A stretch of 64,000 nucleotides of DNA from Gemmatimonadota bacterium. Lineage in GTDB: Bacteria > Gemmatimonadota > Gemmatimonadetes > Gemmatimonadales > Gemmatimonadaceae. The stretch lies in contig JAZJZK010000015.1 of assembly GCA_040389905.1 (NCBI GenBank), positions 94,218 through 158,217 on the forward strand. Reading direction: 5' to 3'. A program made the translations under genes and the position numbers. Shown here piece after piece: positions 1 to 8,735 of this stretch (the stretch's first letter is position 1; each line of letters starts with the position of its first letter). Under the pieces are notes generated by a model, which had not been told where the DNA came from, did not search any database, and saw only the letters and a list, made by a program, of their open reading frames with translations.

Positions 1-668
1 TCCTTCATGAGCTTGTAGTCCGTCACCTCTTCGATCTCGGTGCCATCCACGCCGGCGAACCGTTCGCCGAGCGTAGAGGCTTCGCGATCCGATCGATCGA
101 TCGGTGCGTCGAGCGAGACTTCCGTGGACGACATCTGCTTCGCCGCACGCACCGCCTCGGGCGTTTCTTCGAGGAGCCGGGAGATCTCGTTTTCGGTGGG
201 GTCGCGCTTGAGAACCTGGGCGAGGATCGTCTCGGCGCGAGCAAGACGGATGAGCTGCGAATTCTGGTTGAGCGGGATGCGGACGCTGCGTGTCTGTTCG
301 GCAAGTGCCTTGAGTACGGCCTGGCGTACCCACCAGACGGCGTACGAGATGAACTTGACACCCTGATCCGGATCGAACTTCCGAACGGCCTTGAGTAGTC
401 CTTCGTTGCCGATGGCGACGAGCTCACTCAGGTCGAGTCCATGGCCCTGATACTTCTTCACATACGAGATGACGAATCGAAGGTTCGCCGTGACGAGCCG
501 TTCCGCGGCGGCCTCGTCTCCCTTTTGAGCGAGCCTCGCAAGGCGTCGCTCCTCGGCCGCATCACTGATGAGCGGCAGCTTTTGTATGTCCTGAAGGTAC
601 TGGTCGAATGCGGTGGAGGGGGACGAACGGAAATATCCTTTTGACCTGGTCTCGGTCGCTTGCTCCAT
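1..668 (-). CDS. RNA polymerase sigma-70 factor, RpoD/RpoS-like (3' end runs off the window)
   Basis: Manual minus-strand translation from ATG at 668: MEQATETRSKG...AFDQYLQDI...LVTANLRFVISYVKKYQGHGLDLSELVAIGNEGLLKAVRKFDPDQGVKFISYAVWWVRQA...EQTRSVRIP (regions 1.2-2.4). AGGGG lies upstream. No region 1.1. Absent from the ORF track because there is no stop in the window. Confidence 0.93.
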   Translation of the reverse strand, partial: MEQATETRSKGYFRSSPSTAFDQYLQDIQKLPLISDAAEERRLARLAQKGDEAAAERLVTANLRFVISYVKKYQGHGLDLSELVAIGNEGLLKAVRKFDPDQGVKFISYAVWWVRQAVLKALAEQTRSVRIPLNQNSQLIRLARAETILAQVLKRDPTENEISRLLEETPEAVRAAKQMSSTEVSLDAPIDRSDREASTLGERFAGVDGTEIEEVTDYKLMK

Positions 669-996
669 ACACGCCCCTTACCTGTGCCGGAAGGTTCTCG
701 GGTCGACCTCAGCTGCACAGAGCCGAGCGCCCGACGTGAGTCAGCAGGACGGCGAGGATAATGCTTGGGGAAAAAACCGTCAACAGCGAGTTTGCCAGAA
801 TGGCCCCATCCGCAGATTTGTGATGCAGCTAACTTCTGTATTGACAGCGCATTAGAGGGTTACTGAGAAGAATTCGCTGGGAATTCATATGTTTGCGGAT
901 ATTGCTAGTTGGTGCCGAGCTCGCTTCCGCGCCGAAATGCACTTCAAATGCATTGAGGTCAAGGCTTTAGCTGAATTCAGCCAAGTAACGACGCAA

Positions 997-1080
997 GGAG
1001 CGGATGTAACGGATGCAACAAAAACGACCAGATCTCAAGCAGGATCAGGTCGTTTCCGTTGCATCCGAGTCATCCGCTCC
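997..1080. repeat. Long imperfect hairpin with CGGAT units (GGAGCGGAT...ATCCGCTCC family)
   Basis: GGAGCGGATGTAACGGATGCAAC pairs with GTTGCATCCGAGTCATCCGCTCC, with an inner AAACGACC/GGTCGTTT stem. Similar termini at 44215-44292. Confidence 0.85.
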
Positions 1081-1153
1081 TAACTAAACCCGAGAAGCAT
1101 GGATTGAACAATTGGCAAATCAGGCGTTACCCGCCCGTTGCGAAGGTCCAGCC

Positions 1154-1333
1154 TCATGTCGCCGGCGGATCCTTCATCTTGCCATGCGTCGTTGCGCGAA
1201 GAATGCCGAGCCCGAGCAGCACGACGACACCGACGCCGATCCACATCGGGGGGACGTTGAGCAAATACGCGGCGACACCAAGTCCGATGACCAGGACGAT
1301 GAAGCCGATGAGGTACGTGCCGAATGAGGACAT
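1154..1333 (-). CDS. Small two-TM membrane protein (59 aa)
   Basis: MSSFGTYLIGFIVLVIGLGVAAYLLNVPPMWIGVGVVVLLGLGILRAT; two clear hydrophobic helices. Confidence 0.75.
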   Translation of the reverse strand: MSSFGTYLIGFIVLVIGLGVAAYLLNVPPMWIGVGVVVLLGLGILRATTHGKMKDPPAT

Positions 1334-1387
1334 GATCTGTTCCGTTGAGGTCGTTGCGTTAAAAGGCAAGGACGGGACCACAACGGA

Positions 1388-1936
1388 CTAGCCAGGCCTA
1401 TTTGGGCCCCCAAGCTTTCCCGTCAGGACCGTGTCCTTTTTCGCGCCCTTCGGTCGAGGGACGAGCACGGCCGTTCCACGCTGCCGGCCGAAACTGCGCG
1501 CTTCGGAGCACATGGGCGTCCACACGTCGAGCCGGTTGCCCTTGATGTCCTTACCCGTGTCATCCACGAGAAAGCGACCGAAATACGTGCGTCCCACGTA
1601 AATCTCGATGTAGCGCGCCAGCGGAAAGACGTGCGGATCGGAGGCGACGATGCCTTCGCGAACCCACCGGTCTCGACGCGTGCGCCCTCGAAGGCAATAT
1701 GCGGTCACGCTCACGGGCACCGGGTCGCCATACCGCAAGTGCACCGGACGTCGATTCGCCCACTCGGCGGAGGCGCCGAGCACCAGTGCACCCTCGAGCT
1801 GGAGCGTGGCGGTGACCACGGTCGGCGCAAAAAGGAGGGGCGTTCCCTCGCGAAGACCTGCGCGTATGCGCACAATCGTTAGCCCGATGGCACAGAGGAG
1901 GACGACCACGGTCACCCCTCTCCACCAGGACCTCAC
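1388..1936 (-). CDS. Membrane-anchored 3D-domain protein (MltA-like three-Asp domain)
   Basis: N-terminal TM; VTAY...VASDP...DDTG..IKGNRLDVW is the 3D signature; GTGA overlap with aroB. Confidence 0.85.
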   Translation of the reverse strand: MRSWWRGVTVVVLLCAIGLTIVRIRAGLREGTPLLFAPTVVTATLQLEGALVLGASAEWANRRPVHLRYGDPVPVSVTAYCLRGRTRRDRWVREGIVASDPHVFPLARYIEIYVGRTYFGRFLVDDTGKDIKGNRLDVWTPMCSEARSFGRQRGTAVLVPRPKGAKKDTVLTGKLGGPNRPG

Positions 1937-3015
1937 AAGTCGGTGAGGAGTTCGAGCACCACTGCGTCATCCACGCGCATGGCCCACCCGGCCTCCTGCG
2001 CCGCCATCGCTCCAATTCGCGTTGGCAACGCATACTCGACGCTGCCGGCGCGTGCTTTCTTGTCGAGACGCGTTGCATCGAGCACCGCGGCTGGCGCGAG
2101 CGACGACGGGCGCCGAATTGGTAACGACGCGCGACGGAGGACCCGCTCCAACTCCGTTGCCGTGCCCTCGACCGCCACGCCGAGCCGCTCGGCGAGCGTG
2201 GCTTCGAGTACCATGCCAATGGCGACGCATTCGCCGTGCAAGAGCGAGTAGCCGCACGCGTGCTCGATGGCATGCCCGAGCGTGTGGCCGAAGTTGAGGA
2301 TCTTCCGCTTGCCCTGCTCGCGTGCGTCACCGCGGACAACGTCCGCCTTGATCTGGACGCTTCGTGAAACGAGATCGAGCGTGGCGTCGGCGTCCGCCGA
2401 TTGTAACGCTTCGAGCGTCGTGTCGATATCGCGAAAATATCGTTCATCGGCGATCGCCCCATGCTTGATCGCTTCTGCCAGACCGGAGCGCCGCTGTGGC
2501 AGCGACAACGTCGCAATCATTTCAACGTCGACGAGGACGGCGGCGGGTTCGTGAAATGCGCCGACGAGATTCTTGCCGGCCGCGGTATCCACGCCAGTCT
2601 TGCCGCCAACCGATGCGTCGATCATCGCAAGGAGCGATGTCGGACATTGCACGACGGGAATGCCGCGCATGAAGGTCGCCGCGACGAAGCCCGCGAGATC
2701 ACCCACGACTCCGCCGCCGACGGCGACGACCGTCGTGTCACGTGCGTGGCCCGCCTCGAGCATCTCATCGGTCAGACGTGCCCAGCTGTCGCGCGTCTTG
2801 TGGGCTTCGCCTTCCGGCACGATGTGAAGTGACACTCGGCCGTGCCCGGAGAGGTTCGACACAATGTCGTCCGCATACAGTGGCGCGACATGGTCGTCGG
2901 TAATCACCGCATACCGGTGGGCTGCTGCGACATCGGTAATCGTGTGCGCGAACGAATGGCGAAGGCCGGCCCCGATATGGACCCGATACGCGCCGGCGTC
3001 GATCGTGTGCGTCAC
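1933..3015 (-). CDS. aroB: 3-dehydroquinate synthase
   Basis: GEAHK, GGGVVGDLAGF, PTSLLAMIDASVGGKTG, LNFGHTLGHAIE, HGECVAIGM. Confidence 0.97.
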   Translation of the reverse strand: MTHTIDAGAYRVHIGAGLRHSFAHTITDVAAAHRYAVITDDHVAPLYADDIVSNLSGHGRVSLHIVPEGEAHKTRDSWARLTDEMLEAGHARDTTVVAVGGGVVGDLAGFVAATFMRGIPVVQCPTSLLAMIDASVGGKTGVDTAAGKNLVGAFHEPAAVLVDVEMIATLSLPQRRSGLAEAIKHGAIADERYFRDIDTTLEALQSADADATLDLVSRSVQIKADVVRGDAREQGKRKILNFGHTLGHAIEHACGYSLLHGECVAIGMVLEATLAERLGVAVEGTATELERVLRRASLPIRRPSSLAPAAVLDATRLDKKARAGSVEYALPTRIGAMAAQEAGWAMRVDDAVVLELLTDL

Positions 3016-3016
3016 G

Positions 3017-3562
3017 CTACCAGGTGACCTCGCCGACGCCGGCGCGCCGGTTCGCGACGCGTGCGAGGGTGAACAGAAGATCGGAGAGGCGATTCAGGTA
3101 GATCACCGCAAGCGGTGGAAGGGTCACGTCGTGCTGGAGCTTGACGACATGGCGTTCTGCGCGACGACACACGGTGCGCGCGACGTGCAGCGCGGCGGCT
3201 TTTGGCGTATTGCCAGGAAGGATGAACGCGGTGAGTGGCTCGAGCTCCTTCTCCGCGTCGTCGATGGCGTGTTCGAGTTGCTCGATCCGCGCGTCATCGA
3301 TGCGAGCTTTCGTGAGGTGTTGCGCCATCTTCTCGCGGTCGGGTGTCGCCAACAGCGCACCGATGGCGAACAGGTCGCGCTGCACTGGGACGAGCAGTTC
3401 GTCGATCCGTGGCATGGACTCGATGCAACGAGCCAGGCCGAGCGCCGCGTTGAGCTCGTCGACGTCGCCGTATGCTTCCACCCGCAAATCGTCCTTGGCG
3501 ACTCGGCCCCCGCCGAACAGGCCCGTCTGGCCGGTATCGCCAGTTTTGGTATAGATCTTCAT
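3017..3562 (-). CDS. ATP:cob(I)alamin adenosyltransferase, PduO-type
   Basis: KIYTKTGDTGQT, EAYGDVDELN, FILPG, RTVCRRAER, YLNRLSDLLF. Confidence 0.95.
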   Translation of the reverse strand: MKIYTKTGDTGQTGLFGGGRVAKDDLRVEAYGDVDELNAALGLARCIESMPRIDELLVPVQRDLFAIGALLATPDREKMAQHLTKARIDDARIEQLEHAIDDAEKELEPLTAFILPGNTPKAAALHVARTVCRRAERHVVKLQHDVTLPPLAVIYLNRLSDLLFTLARVANRRAGVGEVTW

Positions 3563-3569
3563 GGCGCGA

Positions 3570-3665
3570 AAGATAGCTCGCTCGCCTGACGGCTCGCTGG
3601 ACGGAGAACGGCGTAGCTGTTTTTGCCGTCAAGCGGAGGCGCATCGCGCCGAAGCGGGCTAGTTT
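3570..3665. promoter_or_regulatory. Back-to-back -10-like boxes for a divergent gene pair (probably leaderless)
   Basis: Minus: TATCTT (3575-3570), 7 nt before ATG 3562. Plus: TAGTTT (3660-3665), 6 nt before ATG 3672. No SD in either spacer. Confidence 0.55.
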
Positions 3666-3671
3666 TCAGCT

Positions 3672-4682
3672 ATGAAAGACATCACCATCATCGGCGCCGG
3701 GCCGGCCGGATTGTTCGCCCTCTTCTACGCCGGGATGCGCGGCGCAACGGCGCAAGTCGTGGACGCCCTGCCGGAACTCGGCGGACAGCTCGCCGCATTG
3801 TATCCCGAGAAATACATCTTCGATGTCGCGGGATACCCCAAGGTCCTGGCGAAAGATCTTGTGCGCTCGCTCGCCGAGCAGGCTGCGCAGTTTCAGCAGC
3901 CGGTGCATCTCGCGCAGCGTGTGACAGGACTCGAGGAGCGCGATGGACATTTCGTCCTGCATACGACCGCCGGCGAGTTGGAGTCGAAGTCGATCGTGAT
4001 CGCCGCCGGCATCGGTGCCTTCTCGCCGCGGCGTTTGCCGCAAGCGTGCGCGGAGCCGTGGTATGGAAAGGGGATCTACGATGTCGTGACTGACCCGCAG
4101 GTATTTGCTGGCCAGCGCGTACTCATCATCGGCGGTGGAGACTCGGCCTTCGATTGGGCGACGCAACTGGCCGGCGTCGCCACGCATGTGTCACTCGCGC
4201 ACCGGAGCGACCGCTTCCGTGCCCATGGGGCAACGATCACGCAATTCCACGGAGATGTCGCGGCCGGACGTGCGTCACTGCACACCTTTCACGAAATCGC
4301 CGACGTATTGTGTCGGGGGGAAGGCGAGCGGTTCACGCATGTCGTGCTCCGCGACGTGAAGGCGAAAACGACGAAGGAAATCGAAGTCGACGTCGTCCTC
4401 CCCATGCTGGGTTTCGTCAGCGACATCGGCCCGATCGCGGAGTGGGGGCTGACGCTCGAAAAGGATGAGATCGTCGTCAATCAGCTGATGGAAACGGGGC
4501 GCACGGGCATCTGGGCGGCGGGCGACGTCACCACGTATCCAGGGAAGCTCAAGTTGATCGCCTGCGGATTCAGCGAGGCGGCGATCGCCGTGAACCAGGC
4601 GGTACACTGGATCTACCCAGAGAAGAAGGTGGCGCCGGGACACTCGTCGAACATGGCGGTGTTCGGGCAGAAGGACGACTGA
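3672..4682 (+). CDS. Ferredoxin--NADP+ reductase, TrxB-type (YumC-like)
   Basis: IIGAGPAGL, GGQLAALYPEKYIFDVAG, GGGDSAFDWA, GD...YPGKLKLI, C-terminal GHSS; lacks the TrxR CxxC. Confidence 0.92.
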   Translation: MKDITIIGAGPAGLFALFYAGMRGATAQVVDALPELGGQLAALYPEKYIFDVAGYPKVLAKDLVRSLAEQAAQFQQPVHLAQRVTGLEERDGHFVLHTTAGELESKSIVIAAGIGAFSPRRLPQACAEPWYGKGIYDVVTDPQVFAGQRVLIIGGGDSAFDWATQLAGVATHVSLAHRSDRFRAHGATITQFHGDVAAGRASLHTFHEIADVLCRGEGERFTHVVLRDVKAKTTKEIEVDVVLPMLGFVSDIGPIAEWGLTLEKDEIVVNQLMETGRTGIWAAGDVTTYPGKLKLIACGFSEAAIAVNQAVHWIYPEKKVAPGHSSNMAVFGQKDD

Positions 4683-4714
4683 CCGTAGTGTTCGTGCTGT
4701 CGGTGCACCTTCAA

Positions 4715-4878
4715 TCAGCGAGGTCAGGTGCTCAGAAAGTCAGCCGCAGCCTACAGAGTAACAGGGGGGGTGGCGTTCTGGTGGAGCTGCGGCTGATTGC
4801 AGAGCCGAGGTGCATGCCCTTCGCTTGCTTGCCCTCGAGGAGCGCGAGCGACGAAGGGCTCAGGGCGACAAAACGAGC
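4715..4878. repeat. Composite palindromic intergenic element (TCAGCCGCAGC IR plus a REP-like unit carrying an insert)
   Basis: TCAGCCGCAGC 4740-4750 / GCTGCGGCTGA 4786-4796. Reverse REP-like unit AGGTGCATGCCCTTCGCTT...GCTCAGGGCGACAAAA (4808-4873), interrupted by about 30 nt. Confidence 0.8.
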
Positions 4879-4890
4879 TGTCACAGCTGA

Positions 4891-5217
4891 TTACAGCGCG
4901 CCAGGGTCCGGGTCGCCGATCCTGAATCCGTCCGGGTGTCGGCGCCGCAACTTCTCGAGATTCAACCGCGCCACCTCCGACAGCGGTATTCCGAGCGTTC
5001 TCGCCGCAATCGCAAGACACCAGAGCGCATCGCCAAGCTCGAGCGCAAAAGCCTCGCGATCGAGCGCCCGCCCCTGCATCACGTGCTTGCGGGCGTGTCC
5101 GAGCACTTCACCGGCTTCCTCGGCGAGTCCCGCCGCGGCGTCGAGTAAGCGATTCTCATCATCGAGCGCAGGGTTCAATGTCCGCGCGGCCGCGTCCTGA
5201 TATGCGTCGAGGTCCAA
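4891..5217 (-). CDS. MazG-like nucleotide pyrophosphohydrolase
   Basis: GLAEEAGEV...ELGDALW...NLEKLRRRHP; TTG start. Confidence 0.88.
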   Translation of the reverse strand: MDLDAYQDAAARTLNPALDDENRLLDAAAGLAEEAGEVLGHARKHVMQGRALDREAFALELGDALWCLAIAARTLGIPLSEVARLNLEKLRRRHPDGFRIGDPDPGAL

Positions 5218-5231
5218 GCGATCAGGTTGCG

Positions 5232-5675
5232 TCAGGGCGCTTTGGTGCTCAGCAGGATGATGACCGGGCCGCCATTGGCATTGATCCCGAAGCGCGCCTG
5301 CGCCTCGTTGGAATCGAGGTAGCGCATCTCGATGACGTTGCGGATCTCGAGCCCTGTGAGTGCCGACACCGCTTGGAGCGGACCAAAATCCTGGGACACT
5401 TTCACTTGTCCAGGAGCCGCTGCCGGATCGACGGACCGCAGGGTCTGCGTGCCTCTGGTTCTGAACCAGGCTGGCCGAAGCTGCTGAATGGCATACTGCG
5501 CATCACGCGACTCGATCGCGGGGTCGCTCAGCTCCTCCTTCGTGATGATGTTCTGTACTTTGGCCGTCCGTGTAGCAGCGGTCGCAGGCTGCGCATCCGT
5601 TTGCGGCGCGGGAGTCGTTGCGCAGGCCGTCGCCATGACGACAAGGACGAGCGCGCTGCGGCGAATTCCAAACAC
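5232..5675 (-). CDS. Lipoprotein resembling a stand-alone TonB-receptor plug fragment
   Basis: GGAGG 5 nt before GTG 5675; lipobox ATAC; IITKEEL...AIQQLRP...VIEMRYLDSNEAQARFG...GPVIILLST. Confidence 0.7.
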   Translation of the reverse strand: MFGIRRSALVLVVMATACATTPAPQTDAQPATAATRTAKVQNIITKEELSDPAIESRDAQYAIQQLRPAWFRTRGTQTLRSVDPAAAPGQVKVSQDFGPLQAVSALTGLEIRNVIEMRYLDSNEAQARFGINANGGPVIILLSTKAP

Positions 5676-5769
5676 AGTAACCTCCAATGGCCAACCTACG
5701 GATTGAGCGGGCGGAAAACGGAGTCTACAGAACGTCGAGGGCATGCACCAGATGCACAGGCGGAAAAGC

Positions 5770-5837
5770 AGGTGCAGGCCCTTCGCGTTGCTCAGGGCGA
5801 CAAAACAAGCCGCTACTCAGGGCGACGAAACGAGCGG
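5770..5837. repeat. REP-like 36-bp unit (reverse orientation) plus a partial tandem copy
   Basis: Reverse complement of 5770-5805 is TTTTGTCGCCCTGAGCAACGCGAAGGGCCTGCACCT (33/36 to the 55539 copy); second CTCAGGGCGACGAAACGAGCGG at 5816-5837. Confidence 0.85.
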
Positions 5838-5850
5838 GAACATCATCGAC

Positions 5851-6771
5851 TTATGAATACGTCACGCGAGGATCGGCCTTCGCGTACGCGACATCTGTAA
5901 TGAGATTCACCAGGACGAACACCGCACTGAGAAACAGCACCGATCCCTGAATGGCGGGAAGATCACGGCGCGCGATCGCATTCACGACGTAGCGCCCAAG
6001 ACCGGGCCACGAAAAGATCGTCTCCGTCAGGATGCTGCCGGTGAGATAGGCTCCGAAATCGAGTCCCAACACGGTGATGATCGGAATCATCGCGTTCCGA
6101 AGCGCATGACGCGTCACGACGAGACGCTCGCTCAACCCCTTGGCGCGCGCGGTGCGCACGTAGTCCGCCCCCAGAGAATCGAGCATCGCCGACCGCGTCA
6201 TGCGCGCAAGGAACGCAATCGAGCGCATGCCGAGCGCGAGCGCGGGAAGGGCGAGGTACCGAATGCCGCCAAAGCCGGAGGGCGGAAGCCAGTGCAGCGT
6301 GACGGCGAAGAGCAGAATCAGCAGGAGTCCCACCCAATACACCGGAAAGCTGATGCCGAGATATGCGACGGCGAGGCCGACGCGATCGATGACGCCACCG
6401 GGGTTCATCGCGCTCAATACGCCGAGTGTCACGCCAAGGACGGTGGCGAGGAGCATGGCTGCGCCGGCGAGTTGCAGCGTCTTCGGAAAGCGCTCGATGA
6501 TGTCGCGGCGAATCGGGCGGTTCGTGATGTACGACTTGCCGAGGTCGCCCTTCGCGATGCCGGCGATGTAGTGGCCGAATTGTACCGGAAGCGGATCGTC
6601 GAGCTTGAGTTCGGCGCGGAGTCGCGCGATGGTGGCTTCATCCGCCCGCTCGCCCACCATCGCCATCACGGGATCACCTGGGGCGACGTAGAGCAGGAGG
6701 AACGCGACAACGAGCACGCCCAACAGGGTTGGGATCGACAGCAGCAGCCGGCGGATGATGAAGGCGCTCAT
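5851..6771 (-). CDS. Peptide/nickel ABC transporter permease (DppB/OppB-like)
   Basis: MSAFIIRRLLLSIPTL, PGDP, GDLGKSY, ARAKGL EAA-loop, TETIFSWPGLG, RDLP. Confidence 0.93.
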   Translation of the reverse strand: MSAFIIRRLLLSIPTLLGVLVVAFLLLYVAPGDPVMAMVGERADEATIARLRAELKLDDPLPVQFGHYIAGIAKGDLGKSYITNRPIRRDIIERFPKTLQLAGAAMLLATVLGVTLGVLSAMNPGGVIDRVGLAVAYLGISFPVYWVGLLLILLFAVTLHWLPPSGFGGIRYLALPALALGMRSIAFLARMTRSAMLDSLGADYVRTARAKGLSERLVVTRHALRNAMIPIITVLGLDFGAYLTGSILTETIFSWPGLGRYVVNAIARRDLPAIQGSVLFLSAVFVLVNLITDVAYAKADPRVTYS

Positions 6772-8330
6772 TTGCGGTCGGTCACCTTGGTGACAGTCGT
6801 CCAGTTCTGGCCATTGAAGATCACCGGCGGCACGAAGCCTCGTAGCCACGGCTGCACCGCGTGCAACTCATTGTAGAAGTAGAGGAACACCATGGGCGCC
6901 TCACGAAATGCAAGCTCATCGGCCTGCGTGTACAGGGCGACGCGCTTGCCTTCGTCCAATTCGCGCCGCGCTGCCGTGACGATCGAATCGAACTGGGCAT
7001 TCGCAAAGTACGACACGTTTCCTCCGACGCCCTTATTTGCGCTGTGCAACAACGGGTACAGGAAATTCTCCGCGTCGGGATAGTCGGCATACCAGTCTTT
7101 CACGAAGAGATCCGTCTGCCCCTTTCGTGCCGCCTCGCGCGCGGCGGCGCTCTCACGTTGAACGATCTTTGCGCGAATTCCTGAAAGCGCGAAATAGCCC
7201 TGCAGCGTTTCGGCAATGCGAACGTAGATGGGGTTCGCGGACGTCCAGAGCTCGAGATCGATGCCGTTCGGGTAGCCGGCGTCCTTGAGAAGTTGGCGCG
7301 CCTTCAAGGTGTCGAACTGGTAGCCGGCGCGCATCGTGTCCGCGCCAGCCAGCGACCAGGGAATGACGCCCGCAGCGAGCTGTCCTCGGCCGGCGATCAG
7401 ATTCCGAACGAGAATCTTTCGGTCGATCGAATGATTGAGCGCCTGGCGAACACGAACGTCCTTGAGTGGACCACGCGTGGTATTGATCGCGACATACACC
7501 AATTCGAGCGACGGCGTGGAGGCCAGCAGTTTTCGACGCTCGGTGTCCTCCTCCCAGCTGCGGATGTCGCCCTGTGGAATTTGAAGAATGTCGACGTTCC
7601 CACTCTCGAATTCTGCGACGGCGGTGCTCGGTTCGGCGATGATGCGTGCCTTGAGGGAGTCCGCTTTCGGTTTCTCGCCCCAGTAGTTCTTGTTCGGCAC
7701 GAACAGCAGATAGTCGTCGTGTCTCCATTCGACGAGCTTCCACGGCCCGGTGCCGACAGGGTGTTCGCCGAAGTTCGCCGGCACGTTGTCCGGAGCGATC
7801 GCGGCGACTGGCATTGCCAGCAACTTCGGGAAGATCGCGAATGGTTCCTTCAGTGTGACGACGACGGTGGAGTCGTTCGGCGTGGCGAGGCCCTCGATCG
7901 ACTTTGCGGTTCCCGCCGAAAACTCCTTCGCGCCCTTGATGGGATAGAGTGGCCACCCTCGGCCACCCTTGACCTTGGGGTCGAGGACGCGCTGCCAGCT
8001 GAGGGCGACTTGCCGCGCGACGAAAGGGCGGCCGTCCGTGAAGGTGACGCCGCGGCGGAGATGAAAGGTGTAGATGGTGCCGTCCGTCGAAACATCCCAT
8101 GAGGTCGCCAAACCGGGCTCCACGTGGGCGTCCGGAGTGAATCGCGTCAACCCGTCGAAGAGGTAGCCCACCGCGCGCCCGGTTGGCACATCGGTCGACA
8201 GGGCGGGATCGAGCGACCGGGGGTCGTACTGGTCACGCGAGTCGATGACGGTGCGCCGAGTGGCGCCGTCGCCGGTGCCGCCGCAGGCAGCCAGAACGAG
8301 GAGCAAAGCGAGAGCGACGGAACAGCGCAT
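6768..8330 (-). CDS. Peptide ABC transporter substrate-binding lipoprotein (family 5, DppA-like)
   Basis: Lipobox LAAC; SLDP, PGLATSW, YTFHLR.GV.F.DG, GTGPW, VRVRQAL. Start set at ATG 8330. Confidence 0.93.
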   Translation of the reverse strand: MRCSVALALLLVLAACGGTGDGATRRTVIDSRDQYDPRSLDPALSTDVPTGRAVGYLFDGLTRFTPDAHVEPGLATSWDVSTDGTIYTFHLRRGVTFTDGRPFVARQVALSWQRVLDPKVKGGRGWPLYPIKGAKEFSAGTAKSIEGLATPNDSTVVVTLKEPFAIFPKLLAMPVAAIAPDNVPANFGEHPVGTGPWKLVEWRHDDYLLFVPNKNYWGEKPKADSLKARIIAEPSTAVAEFESGNVDILQIPQGDIRSWEEDTERRKLLASTPSLELVYVAINTTRGPLKDVRVRQALNHSIDRKILVRNLIAGRGQLAAGVIPWSLAGADTMRAGYQFDTLKARQLLKDAGYPNGIDLELWTSANPIYVRIAETLQGYFALSGIRAKIVQRESAAAREAARKGQTDLFVKDWYADYPDAENFLYPLLHSANKGVGGNVSYFANAQFDSIVTAARRELDEGKRVALYTQADELAFREAPMVFLYFYNELHAVQPWLRGFVPPVIFNGQNWTTVTKVTDRK

Positions 8331-8510
8331 GACGTTCTGGCGTAAGCAGTTGACAGCATGGCAAAGGCGCGAGAACTTACCCGAGTGAGGGAGCAGCGTC
8401 AAATAACCATGCGCCCGCCGGATGTGGCTCGCCGCGCGGGCGTGTCGCGTCTTTCGTTGCAAGACTCGTAACAAGTCATCTCCCTTTCGCTCCTCGATCG
8501 ACAGAGTCGC

Positions 8511-8735
8511 ATGCCCGACCGCAAGAAGAAGCCCTCGCCGCAGACGAAACGCCTCGAGGAGTATGTCTACCGCCGCCCGCTCGCAGCGAAGGAACTCATT
8601 CCGGCAATCGGCATTGGTGTCGCCGCGGGCTTGGCCGCGTTCTACGTGACTCGCCTCTTCATTCAGCGCACGCCGCTCCTGCCGGAGAAACAGCGCGCCG
8701 CGAGACTTCCCGCCTCGAGTCGAGTGGCGGGATGA
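8511..8735 (+). CDS. Small hypothetical protein with one TM segment
   Basis: 74 aa; hydrophobic IPAIGIGVAAGLAAFYV; ATGA overlap with the tamA-like gene. Confidence 0.6.
   Translation: MPDRKKKPSPQTKRLEEYVYRRPLAAKELIPAIGIGVAAGLAAFYVTRLFIQRTPLLPEKQRAARLPASSRVAG

Noticed and set aside
841..870. Sigma-70 promoter from TTGACA at 841
   Set aside because: No TANNNT at 16-18 nt spacing and no credible plus-strand gene downstream.
3563..3671. Cobalamin riboswitch upstream of the adenosyltransferase
   Set aside because: The spacer is only 109 nt, no B12-box is recognisable, and a -10 box abuts the start codon.
4891..5217. MazG as part of a toxin-antitoxin or anti-phage locus
   Set aside because: No mazEF or defence neighbours; more likely a house-cleaning enzyme.
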